A stretch of 64,000 bases of DNA from an uncultured Nitrospiraceae bacterium (GTDB taxonomy: Bacteria > Nitrospirota > Nitrospiria > Nitrospirales > Nitrospiraceae): contig CAVSTP010000004.1 in NCBI GenBank assembly GCA_963730935.1, positions 1,056,001 through 1,120,000 of the forward strand, written 5' to 3'. Below the pieces are notes generated by a model. The model was not told where the DNA came from. It made no database searches and saw nothing but the letters and a program-made list of their open reading frames with translations. The position numbers were made by a program, and so were the translations under genes. Of this stretch, positions 39,747-51,390 are shown in pieces (within the stretch, counting starts at the first letter, position 1; every line of letters begins with the position of its first letter).

Positions 39747-40712
39747 TTAACTGGCCTGAGGCAACGGCCCAATGGCCGGTTTGTATGGTGCGGGAGCCGG
39801 CGGCGGCGTCCCTCCGGCGGCCTGATAATAGCGCATCGCCTCAGGCAGCCAGGTCTCGAGCTGATTGATACGCGTCACGTCGGAGGGATGCGTCGACAGA
39901 AACTCGGGGATCGCGTGTTGCGACCGGAAACACAGTTTATCGATCATCTGTCTGGGACAGCCGCTCATGCGCTCCCAAAAGGGCACCGCCTCCCGGGGAT
40001 CATAGCCGGCTTGCGACATCAACCGCAGGCCGATGTAGTCGGCCTCGGACTCTTGTTTCCGATTGAAGGGCAGCGACACGTTGACCCCATAGGCGCCCAA
40101 CAGTCCTTGAATGGCCCCTCCGCTCGAGTGACCTGAGGCCGCAGCTCCGATCGCGCCAAGTTGCGCAATCTGATCGATGATGCTCCGGCTCATGCGCTCG
40201 ACGCCATGGCGCTGCAACGCATGTGCGATTTCGTGTCCCATCACCGTCGCCAGGCCGGCATCCGTCTTGGTGTGCTTCAGGATGCCCGTGAACACGGCGA
40301 CTTTCCCGCCGGGGAGACAAAAGGCGTTGACCATCCTCTCGTCTTCGATGACGGCGAATTCCCACTGATATTCAGGCTTGTTGGCCACGCTCGCGATTTT
40401 TCGTCCTACGCGCTGGATCTGCTCATTGATCTCAGGGTTTTCGCTCAGGCGTGCTTCACGCAAGACTTCGCGATAGGCGCTCAGACCGAATTGCAACTCC
40501 TTTTCCTCGGAAAAAAAGATCAATTGATCGCGTGCTGTTCCCGGAGCACGGTAGCATCCCGAGAGCGTACCGAGAAGGCCAGCGACCGCACCCGCGCCGA
40601 GGACAGCGTACATCCCGACTGCGGCGTGAGCGCCCCAGGCCAGGATCGCCCGGCGCCCGACGGGACTGTCCAGCATCCGCGAGATCGCCTTATCGTCTGT
40701 CCATTGCGTCAT
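39747..40712 (-). CDS. M48-family zinc metalloprotease, probable lipoprotein
   Basis: NAFCLPGG, HEIAH, ESEAD, FLSTHP; N-terminal GRRAIL and lipobox LSGC. Confidence 0.9.
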   Translation of the reverse strand: MTQWTDDKAISRMLDSPVGRRAILAWGAHAAVGMYAVLGAGAVAGLLGTLSGCYRAPGTARDQLIFFSEEKELQFGLSAYREVLREARLSENPEINEQIQRVGRKIASVANKPEYQWEFAVIEDERMVNAFCLPGGKVAVFTGILKHTKTDAGLATVMGHEIAHALQRHGVERMSRSIIDQIAQLGAIGAAASGHSSGGAIQGLLGAYGVNVSLPFNRKQESEADYIGLRLMSQAGYDPREAVPFWERMSGCPRQMIDKLCFRSQHAIPEFLSTHPSDVTRINQLETWLPEAMRYYQAAGGTPPPAPAPYKPAIGPLPQAS

Positions 40713-40719
40713 GACTGTC

Positions 40720-41685
40720 CTAGGGCATCCAGAGGTACATGAACTGCGGACTCCCGCCGCGCACGATCGACAGGAGATCCATATTGGCCAAGCTGCTCAG
40801 TCCCGAGCCGCCGCTCAGCACCCGTGAATAGATATTGTTCTGATATTCGCCGTGCCTTCGATACGTCACGATGCGGGCTTCGGTGAGCCCGGCATTTTTC
40901 TTAGCCTTCTCAATTGCCTCATCCAGGTATCCGATGTCGTCAACCAGACCCGCCTCTTTCGCCTGCTCACCGGAATAGATGCGTCCATCGGCGAGCTTTT
41001 TGATTTGATCGGATGAAAGCTGGGGACGTCCAGCCTGGACGACCGCTAAAAATCGTTGATAGAACGAATCGATGACACTTTGAAAAATCGCTTTCTCCTC
41101 CGTCGTCATCGTGCGGAACGGCGAACCCATGTCCTTGCGCGGTCCGGAGGTGATGGCATTGGCTTCCAGGCCGACCTTTTCCAAGAGCCCTCTGGCGTTC
41201 ACCGTCAGCATGATCACGCCGATGCTCCCGGTCACGGTCGACGGATGCACCAAAATCGCGTCAGTCGCCATGGCGAGGTAGTAGCCGCCGGAAGCCGCCA
41301 CATCCATCATCGACGCAATGACGGGAATTTTCTTGTTGGCTTTGAAGGTCTTGAGTTCGTGATACAGAATATCCGACGCGTTGACGGTCCCCCCTGGGCT
41401 GTTAATGCGCAGGACCACCGCCTTCACTTTGTCGTCCTTCGACGCCTTGGTCAACTCCTCCTTGAACGTCGCGAGCAGATTGGGCTGCGGCAGCAACCCC
41501 TCCTTTTCTTGCGAACTGATGACGCCGGATAGGTCCATGAGCAGGACCTTGCTGTCGCCCGACCCTGCCAACTGCACTTCCTGCACGGGTCCGGGCGGCT
41601 CGAGGAGATTCACCGTTATGCACCCCGGTAAAAGCAGTATCGGCATCAGCACCGCAAGCACAAGCATCCGCTGCATCTTAGCCAT
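40720..41685 (-). CDS. sppA: Signal peptide peptidase SppA (36K type), lipoprotein
   Basis: Lipobox LPGC, INSPGG, AASGGYY, GSIGV. Confidence 0.92.
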   Translation of the reverse strand: MAKMQRMLVLAVLMPILLLPGCITVNLLEPPGPVQEVQLAGSGDSKVLLMDLSGVISSQEKEGLLPQPNLLATFKEELTKASKDDKVKAVVLRINSPGGTVNASDILYHELKTFKANKKIPVIASMMDVAASGGYYLAMATDAILVHPSTVTGSIGVIMLTVNARGLLEKVGLEANAITSGPRKDMGSPFRTMTTEEKAIFQSVIDSFYQRFLAVVQAGRPQLSSDQIKKLADGRIYSGEQAKEAGLVDDIGYLDEAIEKAKKNAGLTEARIVTYRRHGEYQNNIYSRVLSGGSGLSSLANMDLLSIVRGGSPQFMYLWMP

Positions 41686-42850
41686 TCGATTTCTCCATCA
41701 GCTGTACGAATTCGGTAAACAGATACGCCGAATCGTGTGGTCCCGGCGAGGCTTCGGGGTGATATTGTACCGAAAACACCGGCTGATCCATACAGGCCAA
41801 GCCCTCGATCGACCGGTCGTTTAAACTCATATGGGTCACGGCCGCTTTGCCGAATGCCGTCTCAATGACGGGAGGATGCTCGGGAACCGCCTCGCCGGAC
41901 CCGGGAACCTGCACGGCAAAGTTGTGGTTCTGCGACGTGATTTCGACCTTCCTCGTCCGGAGGTTCATCACGGGGTGATTGGCACCATGATGGCCGAACT
42001 TCAACTTGTAGGTCTTCAGTCCAAGCGCGAGGCCAAGAATCTGATGACCAAGGCAGATGCCGAATATCGGTCGACGGCCGATCAACCGGCGCATCGCCTC
42101 GACCGCGTAGGCCACCGCCTCGGGATCACCAGGCCCATTCGAGAGAAAAATCCCGTCGGGCTTGAGCGCTTCCACTTGCGACGCGGTAGTGGAGGCTGGC
42201 ACCACATGCACCTCACAGCCGACGTCGATGAGACGACGTAAGATGTTCTGCTTGACACCGAAGTCGTAGGCGACGACCTTCCACCGGCGCGTGTGACGCG
42301 TGACTCCGGCTTCCAACTCTGGTATCCATTCACCTGAGCCATTGCTCCAATCATAGCTCGTCTGGCAAGTCACCTCTGCCGCCAGATCCCTTCCGATCAT
42401 GCTGGGCGCCTGACGGGCCTTGTCCACCGCTCGCTGCGGGTGAGCTTCTAGATGCGAGATGACGCCCTGCTGCGAGCCATATTCACGTAGATGGCGGGTG
42501 AGCGCTCGGGTATCCAGGCCTTCGATGCCGACAATCTTCGCCGCCTTCAAGTAACCATGCAGGCCCTGCTTGCTTCGCCAATTGCTGTCCCGTTCACTCG
42601 CCTCCTTAACCACAAAGCCTTCAGCCCAAATACGGGTCGACTCGACGTCCTCCGGCGTAACCCCATAGTTGCCGATGTGCGGAGAGGTCATGGTGATGAT
42701 CTGTCCTTTATAGGAAGGATCGGTCAGGACCTCCTGGTAGCCCGTCATGGCCGTATTGAAGACCACCTCGCCGACGGCTTCCCCTTCAAATCCAAGAGGG
42801 CGCCCTTCGAAGACTGTTCCGTCCGCCAAGGCTAACAACGCCTTTTTCAC
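41678..42850 (-). CDS. carA: Carbamoyl-phosphate synthase small subunit
   Basis: [36 protein letters not shown]. Confidence 0.98.
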   Translation of the reverse strand: MKKALLALADGTVFEGRPLGFEGEAVGEVVFNTAMTGYQEVLTDPSYKGQIITMTSPHIGNYGVTPEDVESTRIWAEGFVVKEASERDSNWRSKQGLHGYLKAAKIVGIEGLDTRALTRHLREYGSQQGVISHLEAHPQRAVDKARQAPSMIGRDLAAEVTCQTSYDWSNGSGEWIPELEAGVTRHTRRWKVVAYDFGVKQNILRRLIDVGCEVHVVPASTTASQVEALKPDGIFLSNGPGDPEAVAYAVEAMRRLIGRRPIFGICLGHQILGLALGLKTYKLKFGHHGANHPVMNLRTRKVEITSQNHNFAVQVPGSGEAVPEHPPVIETAFGKAAVTHMSLNDRSIEGLACMDQPVFSVQYHPEASPGPHDSAYLFTEFVQLMEKSNG

Positions 42851-43365
42851 GCCGGCATCCCTTCCTGTTGTAAAGATCGCTTCGTTTTGAGCACCAGTAA
42901 CCAGATCCCCAGCAGCATGTTCACAACATACAATGACCGTATGGGCTTATGAAGCCGAAAAAAAGCCTCGAAAGCGGCTTTCTTCGCCTGCTCGTCCTTG
43001 AGGCCAAACGCTTCAGCCTGCAAGGCTGCGGCCTGCGGATGCAGCACCAGAATGATCAAGCCGGCAAGGCCTCCCATGGCGCTCACCAGGATCCATTCAG
43101 TGCGGCTCACCCTGGGGGCGGCTTCCCCTCGCCATTCCCGGCACCCCATGGCACCTAGGAGTACGATCAGTGCGACGACAACAAGACGGTTATATCCTTC
43201 AAACGCCCTCGTCAGAAAAAAGCCGCCGGATTCCTGCCCTCCCCATGTATTGAAGACCGCTGGGATGACGGCGCCCACCAATACAATCAAGCCTCCGACC
43301 CACACGCCGAGCGCCGAGAACTCAAGACTCAACAAGCAGACCGTTCCCCATCCGGCACGCTTCAC
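42847..43365 (-). CDS. Four-TM membrane protein (DUF4149/TMEM205-like)
   Basis: Four hydrophobic segments, IPAVF, FFRLH motif; overlaps pyrC and carA by 4 bp each. Confidence 0.72.
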   Translation of the reverse strand: MKRAGWGTVCLLSLEFSALGVWVGGLIVLVGAVIPAVFNTWGGQESGGFFLTRAFEGYNRLVVVALIVLLGAMGCREWRGEAAPRVSRTEWILVSAMGGLAGLIILVLHPQAAALQAEAFGLKDEQAKKAAFEAFFRLHKPIRSLYVVNMLLGIWLLVLKTKRSLQQEGMPA

Positions 43366-44645
43366 GCCTGCACCGGAGCCTCAAAGACCACCCGTCCGCC
43401 TACAATCGTCCTCACCACAAGACCTTTCACTTTCCAACCGGCAAAGGGGGTGTTGCGGCTCTTCGAGCGGAATTTCCCGGGATCGACCTCCCAGTGAGCC
43501 TGTGGATCGATAATCGCCACGTCTGCGTCTGCTCCCACGGTCAGCGTTCCTTTGGCCAGTCCAAATGCCCTTGCCGGGGCAGCGCTCAACTTCTCGATCG
43601 CCGACTCCAGTGACAGAATCCCTTCCTCCACCAGCGCCAGCGTGAGAGACAGCGCTGTTTCCAATCCGACGATGCCAAAGGGCGCTTCGGTAAATCCTTG
43701 TTGCTTCTCCTGGGTAGCATGTGGCGCATGGTCCGTGGCAATGGCATCGATCGTACCGTCACGCAAGCCCTCCTTGATGGCTTGAACGTCCTGCCAGGTT
43801 CGGAGTGGCGGATTCATTTTCGCCAGCGTGTTGAAACCGCGGACCACCTCGTCCGTCAACGTAAAATGATGCGGACAGGCCTCTGCCGTCACCTTGATCC
43901 CGCGTGCCTTGGCTTCACGAACCATGCGCACGGAACCGACCGTACTGATGTGCGCCAAATGCAACCGGGCTCCCGTCAACTCGGCCAATGACACGTTGCG
44001 CGCGACCATCACATCTTCCGCCGCCGCCGGAATGCCTGGCAGGCCGAGTTCAGTGGAAATCAAACCCTCATTCATGCACCCGCCCTCCGCCAGATGGAGG
44101 TCTTCGCAATGATCGACAACTGGGATGTCGAACGCGAGAGCGTACTCCATCGCTCTGCGCATGACGAGGCTGTTCATCACGGGTTTCCCGTCGTCGGAAA
44201 TCGCGACACAGCCAGCTCGGCGCAGATCGCCAATTTCGGCCAACTCTTTTCCTTCGGAGCCTTTGGTAATTGCGCCGATCGGCAACACGTTCGCCAGACC
44301 AGCGACGCGCGCCCGCTCCAGCATGAACTCGGTGATCGCCTGATTGTCGTTCACGGGATTCGTATTGGGCATGCAGCAGACCGTCGTGAACCCACCCGCG
44401 ACCGCCGACGCGGCGCCGCTCTGGATCGTCTCCTTGTACTCGAAGCCCGGTTCACGGAAATGCACGTGAAGGTCCACGAATCCAGGAACCACCAGTCGAC
44501 CCGTGGCCGGGTAAATCGTGGCGCCGGCAGGGGCCTTGACTCCCTCACCGATCGCAATAATTTTCCCCTGATCGATCACCAGATCGCCGACGGCATTGAA
44601 CCGTCCCGGGTCGAGAATGTGCCCGCCTTGAATCACGATTGGCAT
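43362..44645 (-). CDS. pyrC: Dihydroorotase
   Basis: PGFVDLHVHFREPG, KMNPPLR, ATDHAPH. Confidence 0.96.
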   Translation of the reverse strand: MPIVIQGGHILDPGRFNAVGDLVIDQGKIIAIGEGVKAPAGATIYPATGRLVVPGFVDLHVHFREPGFEYKETIQSGAASAVAGGFTTVCCMPNTNPVNDNQAITEFMLERARVAGLANVLPIGAITKGSEGKELAEIGDLRRAGCVAISDDGKPVMNSLVMRRAMEYALAFDIPVVDHCEDLHLAEGGCMNEGLISTELGLPGIPAAAEDVMVARNVSLAELTGARLHLAHISTVGSVRMVREAKARGIKVTAEACPHHFTLTDEVVRGFNTLAKMNPPLRTWQDVQAIKEGLRDGTIDAIATDHAPHATQEKQQGFTEAPFGIVGLETALSLTLALVEEGILSLESAIEKLSAAPARAFGLAKGTLTVGADADVAIIDPQAHWEVDPGKFRSKSRNTPFAGWKVKGLVVRTIVGGRVVFEAPVQA

Positions 44646-44676
44646 GCGTTACCGTCCTCCGGACTCGAACATCTCT

Positions 44677-45597
44677 CTAGTTTGCACCGGACATCAGATA
44701 CAGGATTCCCATTCGCACGGCGACCCCGTTCGCCACCTGGTCCAAAATTACGGAGGAGAGGCTATCCGCAACTTCTGGGGCAATCTCCACGCCTCGGTTG
44801 ATGGGTCCCGGATGCATCACGATCGCGCCGGCTTCGGCTAGTTTGACACGATCCCCCGTCAGCCCATACAGACGCGCATATTCCCGTATGGTCGGGAAGA
44901 GGGCGCGCCCCTGCCGTTCCAACTGCAACCGCAGCATCATAATGACCTGAACGCCGCGCAAGGCTTCATCGAGGTTATAGAAGACCGTCGCGCCCAATTT
45001 CTCGATGCCCTTCGGAATCATCGTAGGGGGGCCCACAACGCGGACCTCGGCGCCTAGTTTCGAAAGCGCATGAATATTGGAACGGGCGACGCGGCTGTGC
45101 GCCACGTCGCCGACGATGGCGACGCGAAGCCCTTTAAACGGCAACCCTCGTTCCCGGATCGTGTACAGGTCGAGCAACGCCTGGGTGGGATGCTCATGCC
45201 ATCCGTCGCCGGCGTTGATCACCGAGCTTTTCACCCCGCGCGCCAGCGTCTCAGCTGCGCCGGCCGACGGATGCCTGAGAACAATGATATCGGCCTGCAT
45301 CGCCTCGATATTACGCGCCGTATCGAGCAGCGTTTCGCCTTTGACGACACTGCTCGAGGAAGGCGAGAAATTGATCACGTCGGCGCTCAACCGCTTGGCC
45401 GCCAGTTCAAACGACGTTCGAGTTCTGGTGCTCGGCTCGAAGAAGAGGTTCACGACGGTGCGACCTCGCAACGCGGGCACCTTCTTGATCTCACGGCCGG
45501 TGACTTCCTTGAACGAATCGGCCGTTTGAAGAATCAACGTGATCTCCTCCGCCGACAACGGGGCCAAGCTTAGAAGATCTTTTCGTTTCAGACTCAT
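44677..45597 (-). CDS. pyrB: Aspartate carbamoyltransferase catalytic subunit
   Basis: [28 protein letters not shown]. Confidence 0.97.
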   Translation of the reverse strand: MSLKRKDLLSLAPLSAEEITLILQTADSFKEVTGREIKKVPALRGRTVVNLFFEPSTRTRTSFELAAKRLSADVINFSPSSSSVVKGETLLDTARNIEAMQADIIVLRHPSAGAAETLARGVKSSVINAGDGWHEHPTQALLDLYTIRERGLPFKGLRVAIVGDVAHSRVARSNIHALSKLGAEVRVVGPPTMIPKGIEKLGATVFYNLDEALRGVQVIMMLRLQLERQGRALFPTIREYARLYGLTGDRVKLAEAGAIVMHPGPINRGVEIAPEVADSLSSVILDQVANGVAVRMGILYLMSGAN

Positions 45598-45610
45598 CGC
45601 GCCATCTCCT

Positions 45611-46221
<611 letters not shown>

Positions 46222-46257
46222 AGTAGGTTGTCGCTAAGCGACGAGCCACGTTATGCT

Positions 46258-46289
46258 CCTTGCCCACCTCTCAGGATGAGCGTTAAAGG
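46258..46289 (-). promoter_or_regulatory. PyrR-binding RNA element (anti-antiterminator)
   Basis: CCTTTAA-cgctcatcctGAGAGGtgggcAAGG resembles the PyrR loop consensus (CUUUAA...CCnGnGAGG) and lies upstream of pyrR. Confidence 0.8.
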
Positions 46290-46296
46290 TTGGACT

Positions 46297-46326
46297 ATCT
46301 TACTGAAGCCGGCTCAAAGCTGTCAA
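46297..46326 (-). promoter_or_regulatory. Sigma70 promoter of the pyr operon
   Basis: Minus strand TTGACA-18 nt-TAAGAT immediately above the PyrR element. Confidence 0.7.
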
Positions 46327-46363
46327 GCGATCGGGCACAAGATGGACCGAAATCCCCCCTGGT

Positions 46364-48154
46364 TCAAACACCTTGGACGAAATACAACGTGAGTTCATCT
46401 TGGAGGCGGGCCTTCGGCAATATGGCCCGGTGCATCCGGAACGTCGGCAATTGCTCGACACGTTCCTCCCACACCAGCTGAAAGCCGACCCCCTTCCAGT
46501 GCTCGCGGAGCGTTGCCGAACCGGTCGCGAACGCGCTGCCCCCTAGTCGGAGCGCGCGCCGCAACCCCGTGATGGCGGCAACCTGATGGTCTTGCGGGCC
46601 AAGCGGCACCCATTGATAGGCTACATCAAAGGTCTGTGGGGAAACCTCGGATATTCGGGTGCCATCGATCGGCAGGAACCGAATCCGCTTCAGCCAATCC
46701 CAACGTCGTAGTTGTGCAGAGGTCGTCCAGAGCTGCTGCGCCTGCTTTTGCGCAAACGACGGTTCTCGAACGGCGATGGTATAGTCACGAGGTCGATCAA
46801 ACGCGATGCAGGTTGAGATGACGGCATCCCCATTGTAGATCAACACCTGGTTTGCCTGCGCCACGAGACGACCAATCATGCGATCGTGCTCGGCCAAATC
46901 TTCCAAATAATCGGCCACGAATGGTTGAGCGGCCAATTCGCCGATCGGTGTCTCGTCCTCCGGATAGAGCAAGACCGCTCCATACGCTTGGTCGGATGTG
47001 ATGGGCGGCATCCCTTCGGCAAATACCGATCGCCAGTCAACGGGACTGACCGGCAGAGACGCCAAGGGCGTGGGATCGTCGTTGACCGCCGGCGGCAAGG
47101 ATGTCGTGAGCATCGTTTCCGTCTCGCGATCTTTGAGGAGAATTCGCCCGTTAACGGCTTGAGCGGCTCGGTCGCATGGAACGAACTCTCGGCCCTTTGG
47201 ATTCATGAAAGACAACCCCGCAGCGTCTTCGGCAACCGTTACCTTTTGGAGTTCATGACCTTGAATCGTCAGCGAGATGCCTTTGGAACGGTCGAAATAA
47301 CGAGTGGGCGGAGTCGGTGATGGAAGCCACTGCACCTGACAGGCCTTGGCGGGATCCATGAACAAAGACAGAGCGTCCTTCCCCGGCGGTGCCTGGGGGA
47401 CAAAAAAACTCTTGAAGAGGCGAAAAGCGGCCTCGGAGGGATAGGCAGGAATGCCCCGGTACCGCAGCGGCAATGGATCGCGCCGGCCCTCATTCTGGTC
47501 GTCATACAGCCCGCGGATCAATTCAAATGCGGCAGACCCCGTCCCCGGGAGCAAGGATTTGAAGAGTTCGACCACCGGCAGGAAATCCACGGAGGCCCAG
47601 TGCATCGCCCCCATGCATGACATGAAACGGGCTCGGTCGAAATTTCCGTCCTCGAGCACATACCAAGCATCTTTGCGATGACGGATCGTGGCCATTCCCG
47701 TCCGGCTGATGGACAAATCCTCATCGCGATAGAACCAGCGGACTTCATCCAGCGGCACTCGCAAGGCCTGAGCGGCCATCGCCCGAAGATCGTCGGCCGT
47801 GAGCCGTTGCCAACCGGGCTTCGTCGCAAGCTTCAGAGTCGTTTCGTTAACGAGTCCGGAGGGCTTGAGACCAACCCACGCCCCCCAATCCAACTTGATC
47901 CTGGCACGGACGAGTACCGTCTCCCCCTTGTGATCTACACCCCATTCACACTCGTGCAGCGCATTCCCAGAAGGATCCGTTGCCAGAATGCGTCGCCCGT
48001 CAGGCCGATAAAACGCCAGATGCCCCGTGGCATGGCGGACCATTCGCCCGTCTCCGGCTTCCAGGCGTGTTTTGAAGAGGAGATTTTCAGGAAACGTCAA
48101 GTGTCCGGGCGTCGAGAGCGCCGTGACGACAGGATCGGCTGGCATTACGGACAT
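46364..48154 (-). CDS. Hypothetical soluble protein (596 aa)
   Basis: Long ORF filling the proA-pyrR gap; no family recognised. Confidence 0.8.
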   Translation of the reverse strand: MSVMPADPVVTALSTPGHLTFPENLLFKTRLEAGDGRMVRHATGHLAFYRPDGRRILATDPSGNALHECEWGVDHKGETVLVRARIKLDWGAWVGLKPSGLVNETTLKLATKPGWQRLTADDLRAMAAQALRVPLDEVRWFYRDEDLSISRTGMATIRHRKDAWYVLEDGNFDRARFMSCMGAMHWASVDFLPVVELFKSLLPGTGSAAFELIRGLYDDQNEGRRDPLPLRYRGIPAYPSEAAFRLFKSFFVPQAPPGKDALSLFMDPAKACQVQWLPSPTPPTRYFDRSKGISLTIQGHELQKVTVAEDAAGLSFMNPKGREFVPCDRAAQAVNGRILLKDRETETMLTTSLPPAVNDDPTPLASLPVSPVDWRSVFAEGMPPITSDQAYGAVLLYPEDETPIGELAAQPFVADYLEDLAEHDRMIGRLVAQANQVLIYNGDAVISTCIAFDRPRDYTIAVREPSFAQKQAQQLWTTSAQLRRWDWLKRIRFLPIDGTRISEVSPQTFDVAYQWVPLGPQDHQVAAITGLRRALRLGGSAFATGSATLREHWKGVGFQLVWEERVEQLPTFRMHRAILPKARLQDELTLYFVQGV

Positions 48155-48256
48155 GGTACTACGAAGGCAGAGTCTTGACGGACGGCGTCTATCAACCGAG
48201 GACCTGCGGCGGACGACGGTGGTCGAAGTGAACCGGCCGGCAGTTTCGGCATCTCG

Positions 48257-49588
48257 CTATTCGCGGAGTTGACCGCTTCCCAATACGATGAATTTCGAGC
48301 AGGTGAGTTCTTCCAATCCCATCGGCCCGCGCGCATGAATGCGGGAGGTGCTGATGCCGATTTCGGCGCCCAACCCGAACTGGTAACCGTCATTGAGTCT
48401 GGTCGAGGCATTGACCAGAACGGCGCTCGCATCCACCTCGCGAAGGAAGCGCATCGCTTTCTTGTAATCCGCCGTCACGATCGCTTCCGTGTGTCGGGAA
48501 CCGTAGCGACCGATGTGCTCCATCGCTTCGTCGATGTTCTTCACGACCTTGACCGCGAGCACCAAATCCAGAAACTCTTTGCCATAGTCGCCTTCGCTGG
48601 CAGGCTTCGCGGTGGACGATAAGGCGCAGGTTTTCTGACATCCGCGCACTTCGACCTTGGCCGCGACCAACTTGTCGATGAGTCCGGCCAGCCAGGTTCT
48701 TGCGATACTTTGATGCACCAACAGCGTCTCCATGGCATTACAGGTGGACGGCCGCTGGATCTTCGCGTTCAAACAGATCTGCTCCGCCATGGCCGGGTTC
48801 GCGTCGTCATCCACATAGACATGGCAAACGCCGGCATCGTGCTTGATCACCGGAATCGTTGCATGCTCTGAAACCAGACGCATCAACGACTCACCGCCGC
48901 GCGGGATAATAAGATCGATCCACCTGTCCTGTTTAAGGAGCACCGGCACCAGTTCGCGGTCAGGCCTGTCTACAAACGTGACCACACCGGCCGGTATCCC
49001 GCATTTCTCCGCCGCCTCGGAGAGCACTTGGGCGATGGCCCGGTTGGAGCGAATGGCTTCGCTGCCGCCCCGCAGGACACAAGCGTTGCCGGACTTGAGG
49101 CACAAGGCCGCCGAGTCCGCCGTCACGTTAGGACGGGACTCATAGATGATGCCAATGACTCCGATGGGCACGCGCACCCGTCCCACCTGCATCCCGTTTG
49201 GACGTGTCCACATCTTCGGCATCTCACCGAGCGGATCGGGCAGCTTGGCCACCTCTCGAATGCCGTCGGCCATTTCGGCGATCCGGGCTTCAGTAAGCCG
49301 CAGCCGATCGGCCATGGCCTTTTTCTCTGGAGCAGCGCCAAATGCCTCAATATCCTCTGTGTTGGCGGCAAGCAACGTGTCCGTCTGGCTTTCCAACGCA
49401 TCGGCCATGGCGAAAAGGGCTTGATTCTTGAGCGAGGTGGACAGCGTCGCCAAGCGATTGGCCGCTTGTCTCGCACGCGTCACCAGCGCTTCAACATATT
49501 CGGGAATCGGCTGTGATGGCGCTTCCGTCGTGTCTTCGGATGAAGCGCCCTCCGGCGAAAAACCGGCACGGTTGCTCTGCTCGGACAT
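48257..49588 (-). CDS. proA: Gamma-glutamyl phosphate reductase
   Basis: IIYESRPNVT, LIIPRGG, CNAMETLL, NASTR, IHARGPMGL. Confidence 0.97.
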   Translation of the reverse strand: MSEQSNRAGFSPEGASSEDTTEAPSQPIPEYVEALVTRARQAANRLATLSTSLKNQALFAMADALESQTDTLLAANTEDIEAFGAAPEKKAMADRLRLTEARIAEMADGIREVAKLPDPLGEMPKMWTRPNGMQVGRVRVPIGVIGIIYESRPNVTADSAALCLKSGNACVLRGGSEAIRSNRAIAQVLSEAAEKCGIPAGVVTFVDRPDRELVPVLLKQDRWIDLIIPRGGESLMRLVSEHATIPVIKHDAGVCHVYVDDDANPAMAEQICLNAKIQRPSTCNAMETLLVHQSIARTWLAGLIDKLVAAKVEVRGCQKTCALSSTAKPASEGDYGKEFLDLVLAVKVVKNIDEAMEHIGRYGSRHTEAIVTADYKKAMRFLREVDASAVLVNASTRLNDGYQFGLGAEIGISTSRIHARGPMGLEELTCSKFIVLGSGQLRE

Positions 49589-49622
49589 CCTATACTCCTC
49601 TGCGGAGGCGTTGGGGTGTTAC

Positions 49623-49652
49623 AGGATACAGCGGTGTTTTCCGGAGGGTCAA
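49623..49652 (-). promoter_or_regulatory. Possible sigma70 promoter of proA
   Basis: Minus strand TTGACC-18 nt-TATCCT. Confidence 0.4.
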
Positions 49653-49671
49653 GGCGTGAGGTCGCCCCTTA

Positions 49672-50691
49672 CTAGACCGATTCATGTGCGAGCACTGTCC
49701 TAAAATACGAAATTGTCCGCGCCAGCGCATCTTCGAGCGCGACTTGCGGCTCCCATTTCAGCAGCGCCTTCGCCCGGCTGATATCGGGCCGGCGCACCTT
49801 AGGATCGTCGAGTGGGAGCGGATGAAAGCTGATGTCACTGGATGAAGCGGTCAGCTTCAGGACCAATCGGGCAATCTCAAGGACCGTCAACTCTCTGGGG
49901 TTCCCGATGTTGACGGGATCGTGAACATTCGGTTCGTTGAGATTTTCGTCCCGGGCAAACAAGTATTTTTTGTCCTTCCGTTCCTCGACCGTCTTGTCGG
50001 ACTCGATGAGCAGCAAACCGACGATGCCTCGAACGAGGTCGTCGACGTAACAGAAACTCCGGGTCTGTTGGCCTTCGCCGAACACGCTCAACGGTTTCCC
50101 TTTCAGCGCCTGGACGATGAAGTTTGACACCACCCGTCCATCATTTGCCCGCATCCGCGGACCGAACGTATTGAAGATGCGCACGATCCTCGTATCGAGT
50201 CCGTGATAGCGGTGATAGGCCATGGTCATGGCCTCGGCAAACCGTTTCGCCTCGTCATAGACGCCGCGCGGGCTGATGGGATTGACGTTGCCCCAATAGG
50301 CTTCCGGTTGTGGGTTGACCAACGGATCGCCGTAGACTTCCGACGTGCTGGCCAGGAGAAGCCGAGCGCCCTTGGCACGGGCTAATCCCAGGACCTTGTG
50401 CGTGCCGAGCGCGCCGACCTTGAGTGTGGCGATGGGTAACTCGAGATAGTCCTGCGGGCTCGCCGGCGAAGCAAAATGCATGACCGCGTCCAGCGGGCCG
50501 TCGACATGGAGGTAATCGCAGACATTGTATTTGAGGAAGGTGAACCGTTCATTGCCCAATAGATGTGAAATGTTTTCCATCCGGCCCGTCAGAAGATTGT
50601 CCATGCAGATGACGGTATGTCCGGCTTGGATGAGTGACTCGCAGAGATGGCTTCCTAGAAATCCGGCTCCGCCGGTAATCACGATGCGCAT
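49672..50691 (-). CDS. UDP-glucuronate decarboxylase family (extended SDR)
   Basis: [44 protein letters not shown]. Confidence 0.9.
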   Translation of the reverse strand: MRIVITGGAGFLGSHLCESLIQAGHTVICMDNLLTGRMENISHLLGNERFTFLKYNVCDYLHVDGPLDAVMHFASPASPQDYLELPIATLKVGALGTHKVLGLARAKGARLLLASTSEVYGDPLVNPQPEAYWGNVNPISPRGVYDEAKRFAEAMTMAYHRYHGLDTRIVRIFNTFGPRMRANDGRVVSNFIVQALKGKPLSVFGEGQQTRSFCYVDDLVRGIVGLLLIESDKTVEERKDKKYLFARDENLNEPNVHDPVNIGNPRELTVLEIARLVLKLTASSSDISFHPLPLDDPKVRRPDISRAKALLKWEPQVALEDALARTISYFRTVLAHESV

Positions 50692-50792
50692 AGGATCGAC
50701 TTACCTCACTACTGATCCGCACCAGACTCTACCAGGTCTGCCCACGAAATCCCAATCTGTTCTTCTTGGTCGCGCGCTGAGGCTTCGGCGCC

Positions 50793-51380
50793 TTAGGCGG
50801 GCGGTATGACTGGCGGCGGCATTTGAGGAGGAAGATCTGGGGCCGGCATTGGAGGAGGAAGAATCGGAGCCGTCACCGGAGAAGTTGGGGCTGGGCCGGA
50901 TGGGAGCAAGCCTGCAGTGGATGGATTGGGATGCTGAAAGACCCACTGATAATAGGAGGCGCGGCCCTCGAGATGTCTGACGGCTTGAGGAAAGTCGTGC
51001 TTCTTGAAGGGCGTTCCGCGGCTCTTGCTTCGAACACCCATAATCCCGCCGGTCGGGCTCCGGACGTATTCCCAGTCGCCATGGGACATCGGATCGGCGT
51101 ACGCCTTCCGCAAAAAGGGCTTGGGCAAGCGTGTCAACTCAGCTAGCGATTGAGGATAGACTTCCGCAGGCGTCACTCGGCCCGCCTTCATGGTGGCGGA
51201 GTAGAGGGCCAACGCATTTTGAATTTCGATCCCTTTGGATAAGAGATCGGCTTCGAGCTCCCGCTGGACCATGGTTTTCCATTGCTTTGCCGCGGCCGTT
51301 GTCGAGAGGCCGATCACTACAATGGCGAACATCAGGAAGAGATAGGTAACGCCTCGTTCATTGTGAAACCAGTAGACCAT
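50793..51380 (-). CDS. Minor pseudopilin-like protein with Pro-rich tail
   Basis: From ATG 51380: prepilin-type cleavage site ERG|VTYLF followed by a hydrophobic helix; no Glu at +5. Confidence 0.75.
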   Translation of the reverse strand: MVYWFHNERGVTYLFLMFAIVVIGLSTTAAAKQWKTMVQRELEADLLSKGIEIQNALALYSATMKAGRVTPAEVYPQSLAELTRLPKPFLRKAYADPMSHGDWEYVRSPTGGIMGVRSKSRGTPFKKHDFPQAVRHLEGRASYYQWVFQHPNPSTAGLLPSGPAPTSPVTAPILPPPMPAPDLPPQMPPPVIPPA

Positions 51381-51390
51381 GGGTGTGGAA

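Noticed and set aside
38955..40136. 393-aa plus-strand ORF
   Set aside because: Antisense shadow of carB and the M48 gene.
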